Notes: a model not told the origin generated them from the sequence alone. A DNA stretch of 64,000 bases from Takakia lepidozioides (GCA_030704615.1 CM060731.1:78058001-78122000), one strand, 5' to 3'. Positions 13,005-25,164 are shown, counted from the stretch's first letter. Numbers and translations: made by a program.

Positions 13005-13615
13005 GATCCACATGAATGCGAGATTGTCATGGCTCCTAGTAGATGGTGCCCAAACTAGTTCTTGCAATTCCGAGCCACTTGAAGGCCAATATTGCTACCA
13101 GTTGATCTGGATGAAGAACCTCAACTAGCAATAGACGCCCATCACTCTCTACAAGCCTTGGATGAACTATACTACTCTACCAAAATCAGGCATTTGTACA
13201 GCAACTTCAGTCCACACACCTGTACCAATGTCACAAGCCATCAAGTGGTGGCCTTTCTCTCGTATATAAAATAGAGCAAAGAGAGTAGGCCCACATATCA
13301 CACTTCCTGAACAATACGCATCACCTTCTGTGGGCATCTTTCCAGTCTCGGTCCAACACTCGCAAACTGAGTCCTAGATATCTGTTCTCCAACGTCTCCT
13401 CCCGTCGTGGCTGCCAGACATGACAAGGACCTTGTAGGTGTTGCTGCATCTATCCACAGTCATATTTACTGTCTGCACATCGACGAAATGTGTTGAATTG
13501 TCGTGAAGCAGGGCAGGCAATTGTCTGGAACTATTCGACAGAGGATTGGACACAATCCATAAGCCTTTGTCCTCGACCATTACGCAAAATAAGCCTCCAT
13601 TGGCAGCACAAACGC
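13005..13615 (-). pseudogene. F-box/kelch paralog fragment lacking the F-box domain
   Basis: SVCAANGGLFC..WRTDI*DSVCECWTETGKMP..; collinear with ~110-810; in-frame stops. Confidence 0.88.
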
Positions 13616-13659
13616 TGGTTAGTTTGTATGTTTTGATCATTCTCTATTCCTCAATACAT

Positions 13660-14005
13660 AGTGCTAATCACTAATCATTTCCATTAGTCTCAAGTATATA
13701 ATTCTAATGTCTGGCAAACAGTGAGATCATTGGACCTAGTATCCATGATGCTGCCTCATGATCAGTTATATATCAATCATGGTGATAGGATAGTTGAAAC
13801 TAATGCCCTGGACAGAGGAGGAAGCTTTTGAAGCTGACTCACATCTGTAAGAGCTGATCACTAACCATTAGTCTTAAGTATATAAATCAAATGTCAAGCA
13901 AAACTATGAGATCATTGGACCTATTGTCTATGCTACCTGATCACTTATCAATAATGGCCACAATGATAGTTGGCAATGCCCTGGATGGAGGAAGCATTCA
14001 AAGCC
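13660..14005 (+). repeat. Diverged tandem duplication, two units of about 170-190 bp
   Basis: atcactaa..ccattagtct..aagtatata..gagatcattggaccta..tgccctgga..gaggaagc occurs twice in succession. Confidence 0.7.
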
Positions 14006-14021
14006 GGTGTGGATTCTTGAA

Positions 14022-14370
14022 TGTCAAGTTAAATAAGCACAGTGTGAAACTAACTAGAATAAAGCTAGTTATTTGTATTTAACACTTGGATTTAGGTCAA
14101 GTGTTAAATCAGGTGTCAAGTTTAGTTTGACACCTGAACTGTCTTATCTTCACGAGAGCGTCAGTCGCGCGGCTCATCTCTCTCGAGTTGAGCCTGCGCG
14201 ACCGAGCTCCTTCATGCTTAGAATTTGAGTGTGCTTATGTAGGGGTATAGGTTGTTGTGGGGTGGAGTCCCCATAGCTTGGGGTGCCCCTGGCTCGACTA
14301 TTATCTTAAAGAGTGATGTTGAGGGATTTCATGTTTCTTGTGTGAACAGTGCATTTCAAGCTTTCTATCA
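14022..14370 (+). repeat. 5' LTR segment B (349 bp)
   Basis: TGTCAAG...CTATCA; 5 substitutions versus 25664-26012 by eye. Confidence 0.95.
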
Positions 14371-16147
14371 CTCGAGAAAGATGACTCTATCTAGTTTCCA
14401 GTGCTAAGCTAGATATGATTTTTTGTTTTTTAAAGCATTATTATAATATAGCTTGGTCACGGGGAGCAGAACAGGAAGGCGGAAACCATTCGAAGTGTTG
14501 CTGCAGCAGTTCAAAGCCAACAATAATCGGCCCCAGGGATGCCCGTTTGTTTGAGGCTGGTGGAAGCATTCGCAGGGGTCGCCTACACATTCTCATTTGG
14601 AGTGTGCGCTGCAGGTAATCCTGTTGCAGTGGGGTCCCTGGTGTCAAACCAGGCTGTTGCGGTGGTAGGAGGGTCAGCGTGGCCGCGGCGGATGGTTTTG
14701 CTGCAGAGCTCGCGATTCCCAAGCGCGGTGGAGCAATATGTTGAAATTCCAGTAGTGCAAGCGTCATGAATGTGTGTTGCAGGTCAATTGGGTGGTTGAT
14801 GGACTTGCGCCTCCGTGCAAGAATCTGAGAGAGACACAGATTACTTGCCATGGCAGCTACATAAGGGAGAAAGTGACCTCGAGGATGAATATAAGAAGGG
14901 ATATGCTCTGGAAGTCGCTTGCGCTCCTCAATAATTTCTAACGCAGAGAGTAAAAACAACGTGTCATTTTGGTACCCGGCATGAAGACGATAGAGGTCGT
15001 GGCTCTGGCCTGACTCCCTACAGTAAGTAGGAAATATATCCTACTTACAATCCCGGGAACAAATGGGTAAGAGCTTCGAAGGCTGGCTCAGATCGTTTGA
15101 ACTTTGGATGGTCTGCAGACATATTTCTTGTTTTCGAGCAATGTGGCAGACAGCTGCTCCTTGGTTTTGGTTACGACCTCCACCACGACCTCTGCCTCCT
15201 CTACCTCTCTGGACTACATTGCCTCGTCCTCGGCCACCATTGTTCCCTTGGAACTGGCCTGCTGAGAAGGTGGATGTGATGTCCATGTAAGCATTAGCTA
15301 TTCACAACCTACAACGTCTTCGTAGTCCATAGTCGACTATTTGCCGTTCTCTTTCTGCCGCGGTTGCCAAATTGACCCGGCGATTAGGAGGCTGAAGCTA
15401 TGGCAGGAGTTGAGACAGGCCATGACGCACCAGCCATGGTAGTGTCTGAAGGGAAGACTGTTGCAGTTATCATGGTCGGTGGTCCAACAAAAGGCGATCC
15501 AAAATCTCTTTGGTAGGTGGTGTGGAGCCATTCAGGCTATGAACGTGCGGCTCGAACTTTACCAGCCGATCCATGACCCGGCATGGGGGCTTATTGCACC
15601 ATTGGGTGTAGATGCTCGGATTCTTGCAAGGACAGATAATCGGGGGAGGCGAGAAGGTCGTATGCTTTCTCCACTTTCCCTTGCATCTGGACCCCGGAGG
15701 CCATCTCCATAACAAACGCCCTATCACCTTTTAGGAGTGCAACTCCATCTTGCGCAGGGTGTAGTAGTTCGATTTTGAGAACTCTTGACCAAAGCTAGCT
15801 GCCATGCTTCGTGACGCCGTGAGTGGGGCGTATAAGACCTTGCCTAGAGGGATATTCATTTCCTCAAGTCGCTTCCTGGCACGACACAAGGCTTGCTCTT
15901 TGGGCATATCGGTGTCACCATCGAACCTGGTGAGAATGTGACAGGGAGTAGCAGACAGGCCTGAGTTCCAGACAATTGGGGTCGAAGTTAGCACCTCACC
16001 GAGCGATTTATCGCACCCATGAGCAAGTTGTGTATGGCTCCTCTTTCGCTCCATCTAGGATGGGTTCCACGCCGAATGCCACTGGTTCAATGCCCTCTGC
16101 CCTATCGACCTGACAGGAGGCCAGAGCCTCGTACCTTCTAATTTCCT

Positions 16148-16318
16148 ATGAACTTCGTTCCTGCACCTGCGGAAAAGGGTGTCGCAGGGTTTATGATCAA
16201 CTCTCTTATGGGTGGAGTCTTTGCAGCTGTGTCTCAGACTGCTGTGGCTCCCATCGAGCGAGTGAAGCTTCTCACCCAGAACCAAGATGAAATGCTGAAA
16301 TCAGGTCGCCTTGCAGAG
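16148..16318 (+). pseudogene. AAC: Captured fragment of mitochondrial ADP/ATP carrier
   Basis: [52 protein letters not shown] matches the plant AAC first helix ([28 protein letters not shown]). Confidence 0.9.
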
Positions 16319-17986
16319 CAGTTCACCAGTGTTTGAAACACCTGTAGGTGAAATCCAGGGAATCTGTGAAAACTACATGGACGTGTTGGGAACTCGTAGG
16401 TGACTTGGGAACAGTTTTTGATGGCGAGAACGTTTTGGGTGTGAAAAATTAAAAGAAATTCGTTCTTTGATCTAATTTAAATTAGATAGAGCCTGTTTGG
16501 CCATAGCTTTGGCCTACCAAGGCCGTTTGACCCAAAACTTGCACAGGGACCTACAGAAAGGGGAAATCTACCTATTTAGACCTGGTTTTAGTTTTTTGGA
16601 CTATGCTAAAAATCTATGGAATTTTTTGAGTGTGAGTGCGCTATGAAAGATCCACAATTCTGTTTCTAGAACCTGTTGTGGTCTACATGAGAGACAAATC
16701 TGTGGATGTCCTCCTTGTATGGCTGGGGGAAATGATGACGTAATTGAAGGGCAGGTCTCTTCTCTTAGCCTGTGCACCCAAGGGGACAAGATTTATGTTT
16801 CCCAAGGAACTCAGACTGATTTGAGTGGAGAACAGTTGGACGAGTTGATTGCATACTGGGAGTCAGGCATTAGCAGTAGACAACAAACTGCTGTAGTTGG
16901 CGTTGAGGGCCTCAATATTGCTTTGGACAGTCAAAACTCTGTTGGAGCCAGCAGTTCTACAGCTGTAGGTGAAATACCAAAGTGGGTGAAAGCTAGGCTT
17001 GGAACACAGCCAAAGACAGCCCCGGGGACCAAGGTGTTCAGCCACAAGGCCGTGGTGTACTGGAGCAGAGGAGCAGGAGCTACACAAGTTTGTGCAATCA
17101 GACATGGTTGCAGCCGGACACGCTCTACACGAGGCAACCACGAGCGGGGGTTCATTAGCAATGAAAAGTTTGCTGCTTAAAGGAGATGCAGTCATTCGCA
17201 ATGAGGACACCCGCAACCGTCTCAAAGCTTTCGAGTTGAGAGACTGTCAGACCCTACCTTTATTTTCTTTAGTGTTCAGTGAGCGGGAGATAGGGGAGTA
17301 CTGTTTTGTCTCTACCTGGCAGAAATAGGAGGAGGGTTGGTTAGAGCGAGCTACTGTAGCTTGGGACAAGGTTAGTGGCAGGTTTCTGGACATAGATATA
17401 TCTCCTACACTTTACCATCATGCAGAGCGAGGCACTTTGAGAGAAGTCTGACAGTTGATAGCATAGATCAGGATTAGATCTTGCTTGGTCGGGCCTCTAT
17501 TCTTCCCCTCCCTCTTGTTACTATTTCCATTACTTTGTACTTGTAGTTGCCAAAACCTCTCTTGGTGGAGGCCAGTCAGTCCGGGGTTTTGGGTTGGGAT
17601 ATTCTGCAGGATCAGCATTGCAGATGGATTTTGGTGTGGGGGTGTTGATGTTTTGATTTCTTGTGTTTGGATCCCCCCCAACACCTGCATGCTTGACTGT
17701 GCGCCATGTTGGTTTTGTGTGGGCGCTTGCTTTCATAGGGATTAGGCCGGATTTGATCACCGGTCAATCCTAGAGTATGCTGTCGGTGGTGAGGCTGGAG
17801 TGATGACTAGCAAGACCATCAGTGTTTCTTCTATGGTGAGACTGGGTTGATGACCAGCCAACCATAGGAGTTCTTGCGGTGGATGCAGGTGCAGGTGCCC
17901 TGAGCCACTGGGATATGACCCTTAAACTGCAACAGGTGCCTACCCGTGTCACTATTAGAATTAGTACTAGAGCCTTATAGTGTCAC

Positions 17987-19430
17987 GTGGGGGAGGTGCA
18001 CATTGTGAGTGTCCTCACGGAGTTACCCAAGGGTTTTGAGGGGAGTACGGCTACAGGCAGTAACAGTGAGAGTGGGTTCACCAGACGAGGTGTTCGTTTC
18101 AGACCACCTTCACCTCCACCCTCAATTAGTGCAGAGTCAGACACAGACTCGGAGGCTTCATCAACAGGTGTGCAGTTTCATTCGCCATTGTTGTGGGACG
18201 ACATGGAGGAGATGTATGGAGCTACCAAGGGGCCTCGTAGGTACTCTGGAGCTGTGGGCACAATCGAGTTGGATGACTTTATCCAGGAGTTTGATAGCTG
18301 GTGTGATTTGCAGCAGATGCGCAATCCACAGCTATTCACCCCATTCATGGCGTGGAAGGGACTGTTCCAGCATTTGGAAGGCCCGCCTATGGACGATTAC
18401 CACGAGTTCAGGCGAGAACATGAAGCATAGATTGAGGAGTGGAGGATGTATTGGTCACCTGACTACGTCTCCATTACTCGAGGCACGACGCGACCAGTAG
18501 CTGCATCAGTACCAATATCTCCCACTGCCAGCACTAGTAGTGGAACAAGTAGTGCCGGTACTTCTGCAGGTGGTACCAGTTCAAAAGGTGCTACTACTCC
18601 TCCTGCCACGACTACAACACATGTGCCTAGATTCAACCCGGTGGTGAAGTTCTTCCAGGAGTTGCGGAGGAACTACCAAGGTGTACGGACAGAGAAGCTG
18701 CGAAGTTTGCAAGACTTCCAGCGCAAACCCAGTGAGAGCCTGCGAGAGGCGTACACTCGTATGAGGCGCTTGATAAGTGTGACCCAAGGGGTTACTGAAG
18801 CTCAGGCAATCCAGTTTTGGTATGGAATTCTGGACAAGGAGCTCAAGAGAAGGGTGCGAGATGCAACCCTGTTACAAGCAACCCAACCCACATTAGCAAA
18901 TGTGTTTCTGCTGGCTGAGCGGATTGAGCTCAACATGGTGGAGGAGCGAGTTGTTACCATTGGATTTGGCAAGGACATGCCTGCACGAGGCGCAGCTGCC
19001 AGCCCACAAGCACAAGGGACTGCCCAATAGCGTGGTCAGGGGGGCAAGGTTTCTCAACCCAAGTTCCATGGAGCTTACAGGGGACCTCAAGTGCAGAGGC
19101 CCGTGGTATCTTTTGCAGGCCAACAGCAACCAGGGGTGATATGTTGGACATGTGGAGGACCCATGTCAAGAGAGATTGTCCAGAGAGTGGCAAAAGGCCG
19201 GCACAAGCACAGCCTGCACAGTTGCAGTGTGGGCATTGTGGCAAGTATGGGCATGGAGATGCCCAGTGTTATGACTTGCATCTTGAGTTGCGCCCAGGCC
19301 AGTTCCAAGGGAACAATGGTGGCCGGGGGTGAGGTGGACCAGCCCAGAGAGGACGAGGTGGCCGGGCACGAAATGCAGGCCAAGGGCAAGCCCAACATGG
19401 CCAAGGACGCGGAGGTCAGGGTGTTGACCA
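17987..19430 (+). pseudogene. gag: Retrotransposon gag with two CCHC zinc knuckles
   Basis: YSGA..ELDDFIQEFDSW, FQRKPSESLREAYTRMRRL, QFWYGILD; knuckles CWTCGG(P)HVKRDC (1-nt deletion) and CGHCGKYGHGDAQC; stops at 18428 and 19028. Confidence 0.85.
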
Positions 19431-19434
19431 AAGC

Positions 19435-20829
19435 ATGGCTAACCGGCTTCAGCAGCTAGAGCAGAGGCTCGCTGCCATGGCTACAGCTCAGGTGGTACCG
19501 ACTCCCAGGCGGGATGGTCCACCTCCTGCTCCTGAGGGAGGAGATATGGGAGGCATGGGATTCATGTGTGGAGCAGCACTACCACTAGTGCAGGTGGAGT
19601 CTGCTGCAGCCATGACTCGAGGAGCAGCACGAGTTCCTGAGCCACGAGGTGCAGAGGTGGAATTGGACCTACAGCGTGGGGAGGCAAGCCGTCAGGCGAG
19701 GCTTCCTCAGTCATTCACATTGGCGGAGACAGTATCGACGCCATCCATGGCACCTAGTTCTCGCCCGACTGTTACCGATGCGGAGGTTACTATGCCATTG
19801 GGGAGAGCTACACGTGCAGCACTGACACCTGCTACCAAAGCTAGTGCAGCCGGTGTGTTATTGGGGGCAGCCACCTCTATGTGTCAAGCCCCATTGTTCT
19901 CGGCAACCATGATTGCGACGCCGGGGGTAAGACCAGCTGCAGTGTTCAGACTAGCAGCAATACTCTGTGAGAGTGGGGAGGTCACTTCATCTTCTGCGGA
20001 GTTAGTGGAAGGTGTAGTGGCAGAGGGATCCTCGGATTTGAGGGTCAAGACTGCCACGGCTGCGCCATGGCAAGCTGCAGCTGCCAGGTTGACGGAGCTG
20101 CCAGCTAGGCCAGCCTTTGAGCGCGCCATGGTGACACCTGGAGTTGTCTTGTTAGACAACCAGGATGACATTTTCTCTTTGAGTGGACCGGCAGGCAAGA
20201 AGTACCGGCCACTGCGGGTCTTGTTGGACTCGGGAGCTCAGCCACTGATGTTGGGCAGAGCTGCTATTGCAGGTTTGGGCCTCATGGAGGTGGATATGGA
20301 GCCTTGTCCTTTCCAGATACAGACATCTCTGGGAGGATCAGAGCAGGCTCGGGGCATGACACGGCGTGAGTTGGCCATTAGACTGCAGCCGGATCATCCT
20401 ATAGATGGCTCAGTGATGCAAGCCAAGGCCATTGTGACAGACGCGGTCTCTTACGATGTCCTCGTTGGTGGAACAGTGTTATATCCCATGGGCTTCATCC
20501 TGGACTTTTGGGAGGAGCCAGCATCCTACAGGCCTGGATGGCAGTCAGGGGATGGTCGTCATGCACAACTCCCTGTGACATTCATTGGGGGTATTGCGGC
20601 TGCCCAGCGGGGCAAGATGCCAACACTAGCCACCTTTACAGTTGCAGTTAGTTGGCTTGGAGAGTTGCTGGAGGGCAATGCCCATGCAGAGGATGTGCCA
20701 CCTCCAGCAAAGCAGGATGACATGCATGGTACGGCGGAGTTGTCTGCCATGGTTGCTCACACTCCATTGTGGGTACGAGCAAGGATTTGCAACAGGCTGC
20801 TGATAGACGGGTACAACAAGCCTGGGTAG
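19435..20829 (+). CDS. Polyprotein segment containing the aspartic protease
   Basis: VLLDSGAQPLMLG active-site motif and downstream YDVLVG motif; frameshift near 20770. Confidence 0.85.
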   Translation: MANRLQQLEQRLAAMATAQVVPTPRRDGPPPAPEGGDMGGMGFMCGAALPLVQVESAAAMTRGAARVPEPRGAEVELDLQRGEASRQARLPQSFTLAETVSTPSMAPSSRPTVTDAEVTMPLGRATRAALTPATKASAAGVLLGAATSMCQAPLFSATMIATPGVRPAAVFRLAAILCESGEVTSSSAELVEGVVAEGSSDLRVKTATAAPWQAAAARLTELPARPAFERAMVTPGVVLLDNQDDIFSLSGPAGKKYRPLRVLLDSGAQPLMLGRAAIAGLGLMEVDMEPCPFQIQTSLGGSEQARGMTRRELAIRLQPDHPIDGSVMQAKAIVTDAVSYDVLVGGTVLYPMGFILDFWEEPASYRPGWQSGDGRHAQLPVTFIGGIAAAQRGKMPTLATFTVAVSWLGELLEGNAHAEDVPPPAKQDDMHGTAELSAMVAHTPLWVRARICNRLLIDGYNKPG

Positions 20830-20936
20830 AGGCCTTCGTACCGTCAGGAGAAGAGGAGAGTGCGGTGATTGCACCAGGACCACCTCAGTTGTCGCCATTG
20901 GACACCACACCTCTTATGTGGCAGTGCCCGGATAAA

Positions 20937-21890
20937 GGCATATGCCTTCTGGACTTGTTTGGCGGGATCAGCACTGGATTAGCTGCAGTACTGCAGGCAG
21001 GTGTACGAGTTTGACATTACCTGTATGTGGAGAGGGATGAGACTGCACGACGCGTCTCACTGCGCCATGTTGCTCAGTCGGTACAGCAGTACCCTGAGTT
21101 GTTGTCAATGTCTGCAGTGTGTGGATACCAACAAGCCTTGCCAGCAGACATTTCGTTGCTGGGGGCGCAGGATTTGGAGCAGGTTGGCTCCATTGATCTG
21201 GTAGCGGCAGGTTGGCCCTGCCAGGGGCATTCATCAGCCGGACATGGCAATGGATTGCAAGACTCGAGGACGGGTCTATTTTGGGAGATGGTGCGGGTTT
21301 TGCGCCACTTGCAGCTTCATCAAGTTGTATCTCCAGCATACATCTTAGAGAATGTGCCACTGATGGGTGATTATCGGGCCAGGGTGATGGCTAGTCTGCA
21401 TCAAGTCCGGTCGTGGCTTGGGTCAGCAGTGCTGCTGGATGCAGCTGCAGTGGGGTCACGGGCTCATCGTCCACGGCTATGGTGGACTAACTTGATGTCA
21501 CCCGCACTGCTCAAGCGTGCATTTGATGGGGTGCAGCGGCCAGCACACCTCACAGTGGATAGCATTTTGGACACAGTCAACGTGTGAGACACGATGACCG
21601 TTCGCCTTTGGCAGTGGTCAACAGGGTGGGTCAACCACGAGCATCATTACCTACACTGCTCAGCTTCCCAGGATCCCATGCTTTTTCGGGATGGTGGACC
21701 TGGCCTCTTGTGGGATAGCCAGTTGCAACAATTAGTGGAGCCCAATGCTAATGAGCGCGAGCGGGCGATGGGTTTTACCACTGGTACCACGGCGGTGCCA
21801 TCTCTTTCTGAGGCATCACGTCGTCAAGTGTTGGGGCAAACAATGGATCTCAATTGCTTGACCTGGATTATCAGCTTGGCTATAGCTGAG
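20937..21890 (+). pseudogene. Retrotransposon-encoded C5 cytosine DNA methyltransferase, DNMT3-like
   Basis: Motif I LDLFGGISTG, II YVERD, IV DLVAAGWPCQ, VI ILENV, VIII AHRPRLWWTNL, IX ERERAMGF..GTT, X RRQVLGQ, in canonical order; TGA at 21012 and two frameshifts (~21575, ~21685). Confidence 0.93.
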
Positions 21891-22308
21891 CAACGCAGAG
21901 TGCGAAGTACACTTCCCTTCATGGTCTCCCTACCTACCGAGACGGTATAGGCAGCGAGTGGGGGCGAGCAGATAAGGACCACGAGGTGCAGGTCGCATCC
22001 ATGGCACACGTGGGAGGTGCTCGAGGTTCCGAAGGAGTTGGTAGCCAAGGCGGCGGTGATGGATCAGGTTAGGGATTTTTTTTCGGGTTGAGGAGGTCCT
22101 CAAGGATGGGATGATGGGGCAGGGTGAGACATTGTCACTGACAGAGGAGGCAGTGGTCACTGCTCAAGAGGTTGCAGCATAGCAACCACGGGACGCGTCT
22201 TCTACCTCTAAGCCTGCTGGACTCAAGGTTGCAGTCACGGAGGATAACTGGGAGCCTGATGTTGGACCTATAGTCAGCGGAGGAGAGAGATGACGTATAC
22301 GGCGGTTC

Positions 22309-23751
22309 TTGAGGGCTTACAGGAACTGCTTTGCCTTCAGTTTGAAGGACTTAGGAGCACTGAAGGGTCAAGAGATTCGCATTGAATTGGCTACTGACAC
22401 GCCAATCTTTCGGAGACCCTATAGATACAGTGACATGGAGAGGTCATTGATTCAGATGAGAACTCAGGATCTTTGGGAGGCAGGTTTGGTGGAGCTCTCT
22501 GGTGGAGAGTATGCTTCAGCCACAATGATGCCAGCCAAGAAGGATGTCTATGGCAATTGGACGGAGAGACGTATGTGCGGTGATTACCGGCCTGTAAATC
22601 GTCAGACCAAGTCCGATAGGTATGCCATGCCGACACCAGAGGAGATCTTTGATGCCATTGGGCATGCCAAGGTCTTTAGCACGTTGGATTTACGATCCGG
22701 ATATCACCAGTTGCCGATCAAGGAGGTGGATAAGCAAAAGACGGCATTCTGGGGGATCAATGAGCACGGGAATGATTGCCTATACCAGTGGCGGTTCTTA
22801 CCATTTGGGCTTAAAAACGCTCCTGCTGAGTTTCAAAGAGTCATGGACAGGATTTTAGTAGGGGTGGAGTTTGCTCGGTGCTACATAGATGACATCATCA
22901 TCTTTAGTGTTACGGTGGAGGAGCATGAGAGACACCTTCAGGGGGTATTTGAGTGCTTGAGGGCGCACGGATTGAAGTTACATCCGGGAAAGTGCAAGTT
23001 TTTCCACAACCAGATTGAGTATCTAGGTCACATGATATATCCTGGAGGATTGGGGGTACAGCAGACTAAGGTAGAGTCCATTGCACAAGTTCCACGCCCC
23101 ACGGATGTGAGCCGAGTTCGAGCTTTCATGGGGTTAGCAAACTATTATAGACGGTTTGTTAAGGGATTTAGTGCCATTGCAAAGGCTCTAACCAAGCTGA
23201 CCAAGGTGGACCAGGAGTGGCAGTGGGAAGATGAGCAAGAACAAGCTTTTCAAGAGCTCAAGGCGAGGTTGACCTCGGCGCCCATCTTAAGACGGCCTAT
23301 TAGGGGGCGTCCTTTTCAGCTGCATACAGATTGGAGCATGCTGGGGCTTGGAGCGGTGCTCACATAGGTGGATGATGAGGGAAGAGAGTTCGTAGTGGCT
23401 TATGCTAGCCGCTCGAACAACATTGCAGAGTCTAAATATAGCTCATATGAGGAAGAATGCTTAGCTGCAGTGTGGGCCGTGGCACACTTCAGGTGCTATC
23501 TATACAACAATATCTTCACCCTTGTCACGGATCACCAACCACTCAAGTGGTTGATGGAGTCAGACAAGCTTACGGGGAAGCTTGCACGGTGGGCACTCAT
23601 CCTTCAAGAATATGACTTTCAGGTTGTGCATCGACCGGGTTTGGTCAATCGCAATGCAGATGGGTTGAGTCGCAATCCATGCACGAGCCAGCAGGATGAC
23701 ACTAGAGCTCGGTGGCATGGTGAGACGGACGAGGAGATGGTGCCCGGATAG
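22309..23751 (+). pseudogene. pol: Reverse transcriptase and RNase H
   Basis: RMCGDYR, LDLRSGYHQ, LPFGLKNAPAEFQR, YIDD; RH motifs TDWS..GLGAVL, ECLAAVWA, TDHQPL, NADGLSR; TAG at 23365 and 23749. Confidence 0.97.
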
Positions 23752-23775
23752 CATGCATCTGCATTTCTGTGTATC

Positions 23776-25100
23776 TTGGCAGCGGAAGGCCAGGTTGGAC
23801 CTGCAATAGGGATGACTGTAGATCAAGTGTCTGAGGACCCTGAGGCCAGCAATGAGCAAGGTGGCGCCAAAGATATACATGAGGATTCAGTTGTGTTGGA
23901 CTACCTCCGCACTGGAGACACTGCAGCCACTGTGACTGCCAAGGAGAGGGATCGGATCCTACAACGAGCCAAGAGGTTCAAGTGGGAGGGGACACACCTG
24001 CTCCGAGTGTGGGAGGATGGTCGAGTGAGGATTGTGCCTCACCCAACACAGCGGGCACGGTTAATACGGCATGCCCATGAGGAGTTGGGGCATTTTGGGG
24101 TGCGACGCACTCATAGCCTACTGCAGGGGCAGTATTGGTGGCGTGGTATGCACACAGAGGTGCAACAATTTGTGGCTAGTTGCATGGTGTGTGACAGGGT
24201 GCGTGCTTCATTCAACGCCTCTACTCCACAATTGCACCCTCTTCCGATCATGGGATTGGGCTACAGGTGGAGTCTTGACTTCGCAGGGCCGTTGCCACTG
24301 ACCATGCGCCACAACAAGTACGTGTTGGTGATGGTGGAGCACTTCTCCAAGTGGATTGAGTTGGTTCCATTGCCTGATAACGCTACTGAGGGAGCTGCGT
24401 ATACATTCTTGGATTGTGTGCTTAGCCGATTCGGTGCTCCAGCTGAGGTACTCACGGACCAAGGGAGAGAGTTCTTGGGGGAGTTTCAGGCTTTGTGTGA
24501 CAAGGCCTTGATAGACCACCGCACCACTTCTCGGGATCATCTTGAGGCCGATGGCTTGGCAGAGAGAGTTGTTCAGACAGTAAAGAGGGGTTTGCGCAAG
24601 TATGGCTTGCAGAAGGGACACCTAGGAGATTGAGACCTTCAGTTACCCTGGTTAGCCATGGGCTACAGGTTCAGCAATCAAACATCACTTACCTCCTTCT
24701 CACCATACTTTCTTCTCTTTGGCCGAGAGCCGGATTTGCCTACATCCATTCGCAGGGAAGCTGCTACAGTTCTTAACCTTGACGATCCGGACGTGTGGGC
24801 ACGTGCATATGAGCAGCGTGCAGAGTTGTTCAAGAAAGTCATGCCCATGGCTTTCGAGAACTTTGCCATTGCACAACACCGTTATACGTTGAGGTATGCT
24901 ACCATACGTGGTGGGGGCTATCGTCCTGGGGTTCGGAGATTCAACCCTGGTGACTATGTCTATCTGCAGCAGACTGCTCCTACGACCTTGGATGTGACTG
25001 CATGACATGTTATTTTGAGGGTTCGAGAGGTCTTCTCCTCAGGCGTCTTGGTCTTGGAGGGTCGGGATGGCATAACTTTAAGGACCATGTGCGTAATTGT
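23776..25100 (+). pseudogene. DDE integrase with HHCC zinc-binding domain
   Basis: HEELGHFG..CMVC; LDFAGP, TDQG, GLAER; SPYFLLFGR; TGA at 24631. Confidence 0.95.
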
Positions 25101-25164
25101 GCACCATGTCACCTTCCGAATGTCGATGGCAGGATTGACCCAAACCTGGCAGTGGTATCTGCAA

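Noticed and set aside
15337-16054. Antisense accessory gene in the retrotransposon leader
   Set aside because: Fragmented minus-strand ORFs with no identifiable domain; cannot be supported without sister copies.
20937-21890. Host DRM or DNMT3 gene
   Set aside because: Intronless, no UBA or other host domains, unpermuted motif order, and collinear with pol between PR and RT.
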